Of a DNA stretch of 64,000 nt, positions 38,152 through 47,842 are shown in pieces. Within the stretch, counting starts at the first letter, position 1, and each line of letters starts with the position of its first letter. Location: sequence record MN850651.1; one strand, 5' to 3'. The notes below the pieces were generated by a model that made no database searches, was not told where the DNA came from, and worked only from the letters and a program-made list of their open reading frames with translations. The translations under genes were made by a program, and so were the position numbers. Source of the stretch: Escherichia phage moskry.

Positions 38152-38690
38152 TCTTTTATTTCCAGTAGTTTATTTGATTTAAGGTAATTAGCCTTTTCTA
38201 GGACTTCAGAAGCATATTTACTTCCAGCACTCGTCTTCCATCCCGCATTATATGAGGATATAGCTTTTCTTATATCCCCGTTATGTATATTTAACCAATA
38301 AGAAAATTCTATATAAGCCCATCTGGCTGAATTAGACCGCTTAGATAGCATTTTCTTAATTTGGGCATCAGTCATATTGTAACCAAGCTGGTTAATTCTT
38401 GCCCTCATTGTTGGTAGATAATTTTGGAACATTCCATACGCATGGTGACCTTTCTTATCTTTAAGATTAATACCGGCAGATGATTCTTGCCATAGTATTG
38501 CGGCCATTATGTATCCAAGTCCTTTCTTATGCATATTTTCATGCGTTTTAAATTTTCCATCCTTAGAAAACTGTTCCCCAAACTGATAAGCATAATTCAA
38601 GTTATCGAGTTGGACATTACTAAAAGTATGCTCGGAGCTATGTGCTGATAATGAAAGAGCAAATAGACCAGCGAGTAGTGCTTTTCTCAT
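38148..38690 (-). CDS. Periplasmic lytic-transglycosylase-like protein
   Basis: 180 aa; signal peptide; ILWQESSAG...YGMFQ motif typical of SLT domains. Confidence 0.55.
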   Translation of the reverse strand: MRKALLAGLFALSLSAHSSEHTFSNVQLDNLNYAYQFGEQFSKDGKFKTHENMHKKGLGYIMAAILWQESSAGINLKDKKGHHAYGMFQNYLPTMRARINQLGYNMTDAQIKKMLSKRSNSARWAYIEFSYWLNIHNGDIRKAISSYNAGWKTSAGSKYASEVLEKANYLKSNKLLEIKE

Positions 38691-38698
38691 GTTTACCT

Positions 38699-39157
38699 CT
38701 AGATTTTAATCACTGCTTTAGAAGCTTTTCCTGGTAGTCGTTTACTGTTAATAATAGCCATTCTGCATTGAAGAGTCTTCATTTTGAATGCCGGATTTTC
38801 GCGACAAACTGTAAGTCCCAACCAAAGATTTCCATCAGTTATTTCTAAACGGCCTGGACGGTATTCGACACCTTCGACAAAATCTTCATCAACATCTGGA
38901 CGTGCCGGCATTGATAAAAATTCTGCAACTTCTTTAACATGATTTTTTACTTTACGAAATAATTCAAAAACGTAATTCTCATCTATTTCTCTCTGGATGG
39001 CACGATCTAAGAGATGTTGAGAATACTTGATATGAAAGCCTGGTAGTCCAAGAGACTTTGCAGCATCTTTTATACTGGCATTTATTTTGCGGAACTCCGT
39101 TTCAAAGATTCGACGGAGTTTATTACGGCGGATAAAAACTTCCGAATTGATAGTCAT
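38699..39157 (-). CDS. regB: RegB endoribonuclease
   Basis: 152 aa; MTINSEVFIRRNKLRR...HLLDRAIQREIDENYVFELF...LQCRMAIINSKRLPGKASKAVIK matches T4 RegB. Confidence 0.93.
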   Translation of the reverse strand: MTINSEVFIRRNKLRRIFETEFRKINASIKDAAKSLGLPGFHIKYSQHLLDRAIQREIDENYVFELFRKVKNHVKEVAEFLSMPARPDVDEDFVEGVEYRPGRLEITDGNLWLGLTVCRENPAFKMKTLQCRMAIINSKRLPGKASKAVIKI

Positions 39158-39217
39158 TTTGATTTCTCCTCTAGTTGACAGGTCTATAGTAACACAACTA
39201 GAGGAGATGTAAACTGC

Positions 39218-39427
39218 TTATTCTTGGAATGGTGTGAGTTTTCCAGCTATCGAACAAATTTCTACCATTGCAGGATAAAACTCTTTCACTTGTTCAAGGC
39301 GCTGGACAGCGTACCGCATTTCGCCTTCTTCAAGACAAGCCACCTGGTCATCGAGCAAATATTTATGGTAACCAGTACAGGCTTCACTAATGATACGTTG
39401 GAATTCTTGCAAACTTTCAATTTTCAC
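39218..39427 (-). CDS. Hypothetical protein
   Basis: 69 aa. Confidence 0.45.
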   Translation of the reverse strand: MKIESLQEFQRIISEACTGYHKYLLDDQVACLEEGEMRYAVQRLEQVKEFYPAMVEICSIAGKLTPFQE

Positions 39428-39693
39428 TAGTATTTTTCCTCAGGTCGAAATACTGCACGACACGCCCACATGCTGGCTTCTTTTAGATGTTGCTTAGCGT
39501 ACTTAAGAGCCTGCACTGCATCCATATCTTCTTTGGTTTGTTGCTCTGTTTCGTTTTCTTTCAAGATATATGCTTCTTCAATCAGAGCATCAAACAACAA
39601 TCCAAGACGGACTTCAGCATCTTTAATAGCGTTCACTTTACCGATTTTATCATCAGTATGCGGCTTGTAGCCTTTGATGTCTTCAATCGACAT
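39427..39693 (-). CDS. Hypothetical protein
   Basis: ORF track 39427..39861 truncated to internal Met to limit overlap with the next gene. Confidence 0.4.
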   Translation of the reverse strand: MSIEDIKGYKPHTDDKIGKVNAIKDAEVRLGLLFDALIEEAYILKENETEQQTKEDMDAVQALKYAKQHLKEASMWACRAVFRPEEKY

Positions 39694-39907
39694 AAGGAAT
39701 TTCCTCATCAGTGGCAAGGTCATATTCGACCAATTGGATAGGCTCATTAATACCATATCCACGTACAGTGATATCAGTTGTCGGATAGTTTCCAGTAATA
39801 TCACCCATTCTAAATGATTCAATGAATGATTGCTCGCCTGAGCAACTAAACCAGGCGGCAAAACATTTTAAAACATCTTCAGACCCTTCTATAATCAATT
39901 TAGCCAT
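39683..39907 (-). CDS. Hypothetical protein
   Basis: 74 aa. Confidence 0.45.
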   Translation of the reverse strand: MAKLIIEGSEDVLKCFAAWFSCSGEQSFIESFRMGDITGNYPTTDITVRGYGINEPIQLVEYDLATDEEIPYVD

Positions 39908-40269
39908 TATAGACTCTCAGTAAAGGTACGAGCGATAACGTCGCGCTGCTGTTCTGGAGTCAGAGAGTTAAAGCGAACTGCATAACCGGATACACGAATG
40001 GTCAGCTGCGGATATTTTTCCGGATGCTTAACTGCATCTTCCAGAGTTTCACGACGCAGAACATTAACGTTCAGGTGTTGACCACCTTCAATTTTAACTT
40101 TAGGTTGATGTTCAATTTCAATTTCACGGGCATTCAAACCGTAGAAAATTTCCGGGTCTACAATAGCGTCTTCTTTAAAAGTCTTAGAGACAATAATCCG
40201 GGCTTGAGTACCGTCTTCAAAATAAATAGTGCCTTTGTGTGTGCCTTCAAGAATTTGATATGCTTTCAT
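39907..40269 (-). CDS. Autonomous glycyl radical cofactor (GrcA/YfiD-like)
   Basis: 120 aa; C-terminal [59 protein letters not shown] matches recalled E. coli GrcA. Confidence 0.85.
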   Translation of the reverse strand: MKAYQILEGTHKGTIYFEDGTQARIIVSKTFKEDAIVDPEIFYGLNAREIEIEHQPKVKIEGGQHLNVNVLRRETLEDAVKHPEKYPQLTIRVSGYAVRFNSLTPEQQRDVIARTFTESL

Positions 40270-40275
40270 ATAACC

Positions 40276-40584
40276 TCAATTAGAAAATAAATTTATCCAA
40301 GTTTTTTCTTTAATCAAAAATGGGTCGGAATTAAACGCCATTAAACTTTGAGTGATTAATCCCTTAAATGGCCCATCAATAAATTCCATTTTGAAATGTG
40401 GAATACTAGTCATCAACCGTGCATTAGGAGCAGTACAAAGAACCTGCTGCCCTGCGAACGGACCTTTAGTCAAACGATATCGTTTAGGTTTAAAATGGTA
40501 AATCTCGTAATTTTCTACAAGGGCCCTTTTATTGCATACTGGGCTGTTATAACAATACTCAAAAACTTCAATAGTGGTCATCAT
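40276..40584 (-). CDS. Hypothetical protein
   Basis: ORF track 40276..40632; internal Met start avoids overlap. Confidence 0.45.
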   Translation of the reverse strand: MMTTIEVFEYCYNSPVCNKRALVENYEIYHFKPKRYRLTKGPFAGQQVLCTAPNARLMTSIPHFKMEFIDGPFKGLITQSLMAFNSDPFLIKEKTWINLFSN

Positions 40585-41120
40585 TGCATTCCAATCACAA
40601 AAAATTGAGGACGAGCAATACCGCCGTTGCAATATTTACTTTTGCAACAGTGTTGGACTGTTTTAATATGGATGTCGTAAATCTTATCCATATCAGGAGC
40701 TTTAATAGGCTCGTCAATTATATACAGAATACGAGAAAGCGTTAATCCACGGAATTTATGTCCTTCATTACCAATAAAACTACGGACAGAATCAGTAAAT
40801 AAACGGAATCGAATATCATCGCTAGAATAACGAGAAAATTCTTTTTCAATGTTGCCAGCAGAAATTTTAGCATAAGCTGAAGTATTAGAAAGAACAATAA
40901 CTGTTCCACCATCATACAGCCAATTAGCAGCAAAATTAGTTACTGCGGTCGATTTACCTGATTGTCTGCCGCCGTCTAAACGAAGTGTACAGTACTGCTT
41001 GAGTACGTCTTCGAATGGTGGGATATAACCGTTCTTACAAATTTCTTCTACTCTAGCATCAGAATGGTGTGTAAAAGCATTCATCAGGGATAGATAAGGA
41101 CCAGTTAAAAATGTTCTCAT
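40581..41120 (-). CDS. P-loop NTPase-like protein
   Basis: 179 aa; Walker A DGGRQSGKSTAV. Confidence 0.5.
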   Translation of the reverse strand: MRTFLTGPYLSLMNAFTHHSDARVEEICKNGYIPPFEDVLKQYCTLRLDGGRQSGKSTAVTNFAANWLYDGGTVIVLSNTSAYAKISAGNIEKEFSRYSSDDIRFRLFTDSVRSFIGNEGHKFRGLTLSRILYIIDEPIKAPDMDKIYDIHIKTVQHCCKSKYCNGGIARPQFFVIGMQ

Positions 41121-41288
41121 TTAGTTTCTCTTAAGGTTGGGGCCATTCCATGGCGCATGAATTGTCCATTTCTGTATTTACCCATTACCGCACTTGGGCA
41201 CGACCTTATTACAGGTTGGAAAAGGTACATCACTCAGAGGACTCGACGTTCATGAGGAGAGGTTGCGTTTCCCTTTATTAGGCAAGAA

Positions 41289-41618
41289 TTATACTCTAGG
41301 CTTTTGAGCTTGTTTGGTATTGGATTCCCATGCGGCTTTGGTAATTTTGTTAGCGGCATAACCAAAGGCATTAGATAGAACACCTTTAGAGTTGAATACA
41401 TCCAATCCAATAAGTACACCGGCTGTGTTAAATTTAGGAGCAAAGTACGCATTAGTTTTAGAAAGAGCTTTTTTCAATTCAGGGTCTTGAACCAAGCTAT
41501 CAAAAACACCTTTACTATTTACTTTATATGTTACTTTGGGATTTTTACCTTCTTCGATAGCAGCTTTCTGTTCCGCAGATAATGTAACTTCAGTGATAAA
41601 CTCCTGATATGTTTTCAT
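41289..41618 (-). CDS. Internal (capsid-injected) protein with capsid-targeting sequence
   Basis: 109 aa; N-terminus MKTYQEFITE matches the T4 IP targeting sequence MKTYQEFIAE. Confidence 0.75.
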   Translation of the reverse strand: MKTYQEFITEVTLSAEQKAAIEEGKNPKVTYKVNSKGVFDSLVQDPELKKALSKTNAYFAPKFNTAGVLIGLDVFNSKGVLSNAFGYAANKITKAAWESNTKQAQKPRV

Positions 41619-41643
41619 TTTGTTCCTATTGTTTTAATTTATG

Positions 41644-41958
41644 TTATTCTTTAGGGAAGTTTTTAGAGTATGCGTCATAAAGTTTATTACCGATGCGACG
41701 GAAGACTTTAGCTGCAAAACGGTTTTCAGGGTTTTTAATCATGATTTGCATCATGTAAGTTCCTGCATCCGAAAGAGCTTCTTCATAGTACCCATTAATT
41801 TCTTTAAGAGTCCTACGTTTACCACCAGGACCATCAACAGTAATTTTCCATTTACCTGTAGAAGTGCGGCTCGGTGGCTCAACTTGTTCAATCCAAATAT
41901 AACCACCTTCAACGCGTTGGTTGGCGGATTCTGCAATAAATTCTTTATACGTTTTCAT
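41644..41958 (-). CDS. Internal protein with capsid-targeting sequence
   Basis: 104 aa; MKTYKEFIAE; early promoter GTTTACG-N17-TATAAT upstream. Confidence 0.75.
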   Translation of the reverse strand: MKTYKEFIAESANQRVEGGYIWIEQVEPPSRTSTGKWKITVDGPGGKRRTLKEINGYYEEALSDAGTYMMQIMIKNPENRFAAKVFRRIGNKLYDAYSKNFPKE

Positions 41959-42021
41959 TTTTGTTTCCTTGTTTGTTTTGATAGAGTAATTATACCATAT
42001 TAATACTTAAGCGTAAACAAT

Positions 42022-42282
42022 TTAAGCTTTACCGCCAGAAATAATTCCGAAGTTGTTAAAATCATATCCAATATCGTCAACATCTACTTTAGGACTTGCT
42101 ACAACATAAGCAATTTCACTACGTTTTGCATAGGTGTTGATTTCTTTACCATCGCCACCTAAGAAAGAATACCCATTACGTTTTAATGAGCCAAAGTCTT
42201 CCGCATCACCAATGAAAGCTTTAACTTTAAATTTAGGGTCTTTGGCATCTGCTTCATTGATAAATTCTTGATACATTTTCAT
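42022..42282 (-). CDS. Internal protein with capsid-targeting sequence
   Basis: 86 aa; MKMYQEFINE. Confidence 0.7.
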   Translation of the reverse strand: MKMYQEFINEADAKDPKFKVKAFIGDAEDFGSLKRNGYSFLGGDGKEINTYAKRSEIAYVVASPKVDVDDIGYDFNNFGIISGGKA

Positions 42283-42288
42283 TTTTCC

Positions 42289-42702
42289 TTAGTAAATTGA
42301 TTTACCATAGTATTTGTACCAAGTCGGACGTTGAGCAATTTTTTCATCTAAGCGTGCTTGACTTATCGCAATGGACGCTTCGGACGGGACATAATTATTA
42401 CGAAATTCGGCAGGGATGTCGGAAATATCCTGGACTGTCGTGTCCTTGATTTTGAAACCACGTTTCAAGCATTCAGCGATTAGCTCGATTTGTCGTAAAC
42501 GTAAAAATTCGAGTTTGTCGTAAAAGAATGTTACGTGACCTGTGCCTAAGATAAATGTTGGAGAGATTTTAAAATCCTTTACACGTTTACCGTTTTGAAC
42601 ATGTTTACGGACTGCACCAAATACGCGTGGTAATTCACGATACTCAGCCATAAGATGTTGGTCGGCCAGTTCAGAAACAAGTGTTAAATTGATACGGGTC
42701 AT
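42289..42702 (-). CDS. denV: Endonuclease V, pyrimidine-dimer DNA glycosylase
   Basis: [35 protein letters not shown]... matches T4 DenV; start at internal ATG. Confidence 0.95.
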   Translation of the reverse strand: MTRINLTLVSELADQHLMAEYRELPRVFGAVRKHVQNGKRVKDFKISPTFILGTGHVTFFYDKLEFLRLRQIELIAECLKRGFKIKDTTVQDISDIPAEFRNNYVPSEASIAISQARLDEKIAQRPTWYKYYGKSIY

Positions 42703-42760
42703 AATTTCCTCCAAGTAGTTGATGAATGTATAGTATCAAAACCCTTGGAGGAAGTAAACA

Positions 42761-43042
42761 CTATTTTTCTGAAGCGCCTGAAATATATTTTTCAAGACGT
42801 TGTTTCATTAGCGAGCCGTTCTTAGCGATTTCTTCCGGTTTATCGCACATACGTAACAAGGCTTCAAGCTTAGCGATATCGCTAGTACGTTCAAATTTGC
42901 GAGTATCTATCTTACTAGCAAGTTCAGAAATACGTGCTAGTAGACTTTCGGCTTCAACCAAAGCTGCACCTAGCTTAGTTGCAAATGTGTCAGTAGCTTC
43001 GTTAAGAATAGATTCTGATAAAAATTCACTATATGTTTTCAT
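42761..43042 (-). CDS. Internal protein with capsid-targeting-like N-terminus
   Basis: [10 protein letters not shown]...; start taken at internal Met of the track ORF. Confidence 0.65.
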   Translation of the reverse strand: MKTYSEFLSESILNEATDTFATKLGAALVEAESLLARISELASKIDTRKFERTSDIAKLEALLRMCDKPEEIAKNGSLMKQRLEKYISGASEK

Positions 43043-43527
43043 ATATACGCTTTCCAAGTTCCTGTTTTAAATGTTGAGATTACACGTTTCGCGCGATTAG
43101 GTGTCTGACGATACCATTTAGATTGGGCTAGATTTACTGCCGCTTCATCCCAACGTTTCTGATGAAGCATACGAAGAGAATTAGTAAAACCGGCGACGCC
43201 TGCTACACCCATTTGGAAGACCATATTGACCAATGCACAACGACGAACCGCATCTAAAGAATCATATACCGGTTTAAGTTTAGCATTACCCAAGATTCCG
43301 CGAACGGCTTTATCAACGTCTTCATTAAATAGCTTTTCAGCCTCATCAAGGGTAATTGTACCGTTGCATTTACGTCCGATCATTCTGTCAAGTTCAGCTT
43401 TAGCTACGGCTAAAGACGGGTTCTTTGTTACTAAATGGCCTATGCCAATCGTCCAAAAGCCTTCGGTGTCTTTGTATAAAGTCAGTCTAAGACCTTCGTC
43501 ATTACGAAGCATTTCAAATATATTCAT
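43039..43527 (-). CDS. e: Lysozyme (endolysin) e
   Basis: [32 protein letters not shown]... matches T4 lysozyme. Confidence 0.97.
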   Translation of the reverse strand: MNIFEMLRNDEGLRLTLYKDTEGFWTIGIGHLVTKNPSLAVAKAELDRMIGRKCNGTITLDEAEKLFNEDVDKAVRGILGNAKLKPVYDSLDAVRRCALVNMVFQMGVAGVAGFTNSLRMLHQKRWDEAAVNLAQSKWYRQTPNRAKRVISTFKTGTWKAYI

Positions 43528-43561
43528 AATACCTCCCACGTTTATAGGAGGTATTTATTAC

Positions 43562-44020
43562 TTATAGGAGGGTGGTGATCACCTTATATAATGATTTGCC
43601 CATTACATATTCCCATTGAGAAGGTTTAATTAAAGCGAATGCATCAAATTCAGGAATCTGTCGTCCGTCTGGGAATGTATGATAGGAATTACAAACACTG
43701 TTTCTGAATTGCTCGTGCTCTACAGGGATGGTATATAGGAACAGATGAATATTCTTATTGTCTGAGTAATGATGTTCGCCTAGGTCTTTCAGGAAGGCAG
43801 GGTCATATTGTGTAAACCCAGTTTCTTCTTCGCATTCACGAATAGCGGCTTCGATAGGAGATTCGCCAGGTTCGACACGGCCTTTAGGAATATCCCACCG
43901 ATGAGCTAATGCACCTTTAGGACGAGAACCAGTTACACGCCCCATGAATAATTCTTTATCTTCGGTAAGGAAAATAATACCGGCTGATAGTTCTTTCACT
44001 TTATTTTTCTTACTCATCAT
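43562..44020 (-). CDS. nudE: Nudix hydrolase
   Basis: 152 aa; Nudix box GRVEPGESPIEAAIRECEEETG. Confidence 0.9.
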   Translation of the reverse strand: MMSKKNKVKELSAGIIFLTEDKELFMGRVTGSRPKGALAHRWDIPKGRVEPGESPIEAAIRECEEETGFTQYDPAFLKDLGEHHYSDNKNIHLFLYTIPVEHEQFRNSVCNSYHTFPDGRQIPEFDAFALIKPSQWEYVMGKSLYKVITTLL

Positions 44021-44261
44021 CTCGGTCCCATGATTTGGCCATTAATTCGGACATAAATTCTTCAATGCGCGTTTCTTTAGATGGACTTTCACTATTAGAG
44101 ACCGCAAGTTTGTAATCTGCAATAGGACAGAACATATCAAGGTCCATATTAAGGTCGTCTTTGATTTTTTCTTCTGACACATCTTTATCATATGTGTACA
44201 GATAACTATCACATGATTCTGATTTAATGTAAATTGCTATACTCATCTCAAATTCCTGCAT
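44010..44261 (-). CDS. Hypothetical protein
   Basis: 83 aa. Confidence 0.45.
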   Translation of the reverse strand: MQEFEMSIAIYIKSESCDSYLYTYDKDVSEEKIKDDLNMDLDMFCPIADYKLAVSNSESPSKETRIEEFMSELMAKSWDRDDE

Positions 44262-44734
44262 TCGGTAATAAAACGTTCAACTTCATTATTCTTGGCCTTT
44301 ATCCTGTCTTTACGTTCCTGTAAACTACTTTTAACAAGATTAATAATGATGCCTACAGTACCTCCACCAATTATACCGCCAATTATACTTACGATAGCAG
44401 ATGCTAATAAGATAGCAATAATATCAACAAAACCGAAAGAACTCACCTTAGTACTAAAAAACCACACTGACGGTACAAATATAATCCATCCTGTTATCCA
44501 TTGGCACTTATTGAAAAACTTTTCAAGCTCAGCTTGAGTTGTTCGTATTACTTCATCGATAGGTTGATATCCATTAATGTATCTGTTCACAATAATACCT
44601 GCTGGCTGGTCGATTTTAAATTCTTGGCAAATACGTTTCACTAAGTAGGATGGACATCCTGTCCAATCCACTGAATAGTACGAAATACCTTCATTGCCGT
44701 CGTCAATATTAGACCAATATAGTTTGTTAATCAT
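44243..44734 (-). CDS. Membrane protein
   Basis: 163 aa; Gly/Ile-rich TM segments. Confidence 0.5.
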   Translation of the reverse strand: MINKLYWSNIDDGNEGISYYSVDWTGCPSYLVKRICQEFKIDQPAGIIVNRYINGYQPIDEVIRTTQAELEKFFNKCQWITGWIIFVPSVWFFSTKVSSFGFVDIIAILLASAIVSIIGGIIGGGTVGIIINLVKSSLQERKDRIKAKNNEVERFITECRNLR

Positions 44735-45420
44735 TACCAGCCTTCCATAGGGAATTCTAGATAAACTTGAGCGTTGACACGAATTTCATTGGTAATCTTT
44801 TTAACTCGGTCTGTATTACGAGATACACGTCCGAACCAACGCCATCCATTACTAATTGCACGAGAACCAGTGTGCCATGTTTGCCAATCAAACTGAAGAA
44901 GAGTACGGTCCGGAGCTTCCCATTTCTCTAGTTCACCTTTTTCAATTTTTTCGAGGACTTCTTTGTGCCACTGACGATAGATAAGTTCGCCATCAGGAAT
45001 CTGACTGAACTCTGCAGTTCCTGTTGCAAAATGAGTAGGACACACATCAGCGTTAACAAGACCAAGAATGTGTTCAGACAAATAGCGAGGATTGTCATAG
45101 TCAGGTTGTCCTGCAGTAATAAAGTGTTGACCAACCGGAATATCCGGGCGTGGTACATCGTCATGGTGATAACCTGGGATAGCAGGGTACCAACCGGGCA
45201 TCAGCATGTGGACTCGTGAATCAAATACAACCTGGTCGGTGTTCCAATCATCTGGCAAGTTCATGATGAAGCTGCGAGTAATAGGACCGCCGTTATTATA
45301 AGCAAATTCTAAACTACAGTTGAAGAACATAGGCTCGTTTTTAATCTGGTCGTTTTTAATCGCATGAGCAAAACCACCTACTGCACGAGCTTGACTATTA
45401 AACACTTTAGAACTATTCAT
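44734..45420 (-). CDS. Hypothetical protein
   Basis: 228 aa. Confidence 0.55.
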   Translation of the reverse strand: MNSSKVFNSQARAVGGFAHAIKNDQIKNEPMFFNCSLEFAYNNGGPITRSFIMNLPDDWNTDQVVFDSRVHMLMPGWYPAIPGYHHDDVPRPDIPVGQHFITAGQPDYDNPRYLSEHILGLVNADVCPTHFATGTAEFSQIPDGELIYRQWHKEVLEKIEKGELEKWEAPDRTLLQFDWQTWHTGSRAISNGWRWFGRVSRNTDRVKKITNEIRVNAQVYLEFPMEGW

Positions 45421-45421
45421 A

Positions 45422-45727
45422 TTATTTTCCTCGACATTCTTTAATGAAATTTTCTAGATTGGTAGATTCAATAGCTTTTTTACGAGCTTCTGCGTGTTCT
45501 TCTTCGGACAATTTACGTTTATAATTGACCCAGACATTATGGTCGAAACCAGACGTGGCATATAATAACAAAGCTCCAACGAATAGCAAAAATGGTGATA
45601 AAAATATACAACCAGGAACACCATCCATACTGTAAGCCTTTTGTAATACTGCAACAGAAAGAGTTGCGTAAAAAGGTGATGCAAGTATTGTTAAAAGACC
45701 AATTCGGTTGGTTTCGCCTAATTTCAT
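45422..45727 (-). CDS. Membrane protein
   Basis: 101 aa, two hydrophobic helices. Confidence 0.5.
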   Translation of the reverse strand: MKLGETNRIGLLTILASPFYATLSVAVLQKAYSMDGVPGCIFLSPFLLFVGALLLYATSGFDHNVWVNYKRKLSEEEHAEARKKAIESTNLENFIKECRGK

Positions 45728-45785
45728 AATATTCTCCTCATGTTTTAATAGGACTACTATAACATAGCCCTATCAGTTTGTACAC

Positions 45786-46004
45786 TTATTTTGACATTTC
45801 TTCGATGTCACGACGATACCCATCACGAACTTCACGAAGAGCTTCAAGGCCACACATAGGCTCGATACCAGTAATGTGAACTTGATTAATCTGATACTCT
45901 ACATCTTCTAACTGAGCGAAAACATAACGACGTTCTGCTGCACAACCAGGTTTAGCTTTACCGAAACGTTTATTCAAAGTAGTCATTTTTATATCTCCAT
46001 TCAC
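45786..46004 (-). CDS. Hypothetical protein
   Basis: 72 aa. Confidence 0.45.
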   Translation of the reverse strand: MNGDIKMTTLNKRFGKAKPGCAAERRYVFAQLEDVEYQINQVHITGIEPMCGLEALREVRDGYRRDIEEMSK

Positions 46005-46066
46005 TCATTTGTTTTGATAGGTCTATAGTATCAACAACTACAGACCTTGTAAACTGTTTTGTGAAA

Positions 46067-47023
46067 TTATTTGAAAGGTTTTACCATATGAAAGTTTTGT
46101 TTGAAACGCTTGACGTAATCGTCGTGTCCTAAGCTTTGGTACATACTTACTACTTTGCTATAATTTTCCCAAGCGAACTCACGGAACCATCCTGATGTGA
46201 TTGATGTACAGACCTTTTCAAGGGCCATCATAAAACTATCACGTGGATGGATTTTAAAGTCATTAGGAATCTGAGAACGTTCTAATGCTAGTACACATGA
46301 TTCTTCATATACACCGGCCAATTTGACCATTTCTGGTAATGATTCGAACTTCTCGCGTGAGGTCATGACTTCAGAACCATCTTTCATGTAAAATGTATAC
46401 GCTGGACGGTCTGTTAGTGCAATGGCTTCGTGAATAGTATCATGGTCATATGTATAGATGTCATCTTTAAAGAACGCACTTTTAGAAGTGTCAAGAACAG
46501 GGTGAGCATAGTTCAAAGTTTCTTTTTGGCGTTTCAGCATAATTTCAGTAAGTTCATCGTTCAGTGTAACACCTTTACCACGAAGATACTGAATATGGTT
46601 CATAGTCTTTAAAAAGAATGGATTATTTTTCTTGAAACGATGAGACATCTTAATTGCAAGACATATCTCAGGAGTTGCCCAGTAAAACCCGTTCAAACGG
46701 TCTTTAGACAAATTTTTCTCAGCGTATTTTAAAAGGTCATAAGAAGACGTGAAATCTTCAGGAGTGAGTTCACCGACTAATTCACGGACATTAGTGATTG
46801 CCGGAACAATATATGCTTCAAAATGAGTTTCGCGTCCATTATGGAAGCATTTGAAAACTTGGACATCAGGGTTATCTTGGTGAACATATACACCCATCAT
46901 TTGATTTTTGAATGCATTCCAAGAACCTTGGTCCGCAATAAAGTCCCAATCACTATTTTTAATAGCGCTAGAATCAATAAGACCGTGATAGTGAAGTGCA
47001 CGAGAACCAATAACTAACATCAT
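46067..47023 (-). CDS. Hypothetical protein, possible nucleotidyltransferase-fold N-terminus
   Basis: 318 aa; VIGSRALHYHG...SDWDF weakly resembles the GS...DxD NTase signature. Confidence 0.45.
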   Translation of the reverse strand: MMLVIGSRALHYHGLIDSSAIKNSDWDFIADQGSWNAFKNQMMGVYVHQDNPDVQVFKCFHNGRETHFEAYIVPAITNVRELVGELTPEDFTSSYDLLKYAEKNLSKDRLNGFYWATPEICLAIKMSHRFKKNNPFFLKTMNHIQYLRGKGVTLNDELTEIMLKRQKETLNYAHPVLDTSKSAFFKDDIYTYDHDTIHEAIALTDRPAYTFYMKDGSEVMTSREKFESLPEMVKLAGVYEESCVLALERSQIPNDFKIHPRDSFMMALEKVCTSITSGWFREFAWENYSKVVSMYQSLGHDDYVKRFKQNFHMVKPFK

Positions 47024-47051
47024 AATATTTTCCTCGGATTAATTCATTAAC

Positions 47052-47303
47052 TTAAATTTCACGACATGCGATATTATATTCATCCCAGAGGTCATCATGT
47101 GAAGCCTCTACCAATGGAACGATTGTACCGTTTATGTCTTCATTATAAGGGCAAATTGTACAGTGCGCATCTTCGAATCGGATGCCTTTGTGTTCAGATT
47201 TTTTATAACGCATATCGAATATCTTTGCAAACTTTTCACGAGTAATGGTTTTACCAACTACTTCGGTTCCGATACTTTCGTAATAAATCATTGTGGACTC
47301 CAT
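47052..47303 (-). CDS. Hypothetical protein
   Basis: 83 aa. Confidence 0.45.
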   Translation of the reverse strand: MESTMIYYESIGTEVVGKTITREKFAKIFDMRYKKSEHKGIRFEDAHCTICPYNEDINGTIVPLVEASHDDLWDEYNIACREI

Positions 47304-47353
47304 TTAATTTGATAGGACTACTATAACATAGCCCTATCTTGTTGTAAACTGTT

Positions 47354-47551
47354 TTAGCAAGAATAACTAGATGATACCCAGCCTTGAACAGTGATACTAT
47401 TGTTGGATAATGAGATCGCGTCCTGGAGATTCAGACCTGCGTTATCTTCAATCCACAATGTAACTTCTTCGCGTTCTTCTGTTGCAATTTGGAACAGGTT
47501 TTCCAGAGCAGCTACTGCCGTACGTACAGCACAATCTAATTCACGAGACAT
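47354..47551 (-). CDS. Small protein, C-terminal WVSSSxxC family member
   Basis: 65 aa ending QGWVSSSYSC. Confidence 0.5.
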   Translation of the reverse strand: MSRELDCAVRTAVAALENLFQIATEEREEVTLWIEDNAGLNLQDAISLSNNSITVQGWVSSSYSC

Positions 47552-47560
47552 ATGATTTCC

Positions 47561-47833
47561 TTAACAAGTGTGAGAAGATGCAACCCAACCGCCATCTTCA
47601 AGGCTCAAGTTGTAGTCGTATTGGTAAACGTCAGCCCATTCAGCATAGCCGTTTTTTGTACAACGTTCAAGATCGGCTTTAAGATGTCCGGGTGAATGAT
47701 AGGTTCCACCCATACCATAAGCTGGATACAAGTCGAATGTTGTGTTTTGTTTATCAGCAATTTCTTTGGCAGCCTCAATAGCTGCATAGATTTTTGCTAC
47801 GGCTTCAGCCAGTTCGGTTTGTTCTTTAGACAT
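47561..47833 (-). CDS. Small protein, C-terminal WVSSSxxC family member
   Basis: 90 aa ending GGWVASSHTC. Confidence 0.5.
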   Translation of the reverse strand: MSKEQTELAEAVAKIYAAIEAAKEIADKQNTTFDLYPAYGMGGTYHSPGHLKADLERCTKNGYAEWADVYQYDYNLSLEDGGWVASSHTC

Positions 47834-47842
47834 AATGATTCC

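Noticed and set aside
41234-41452. Minus-strand 72-aa ORF
   Set aside because: Overlaps the first internal-protein gene out of frame and extends into the GC-rich spacer; the MKTYQEF gene is the supported one
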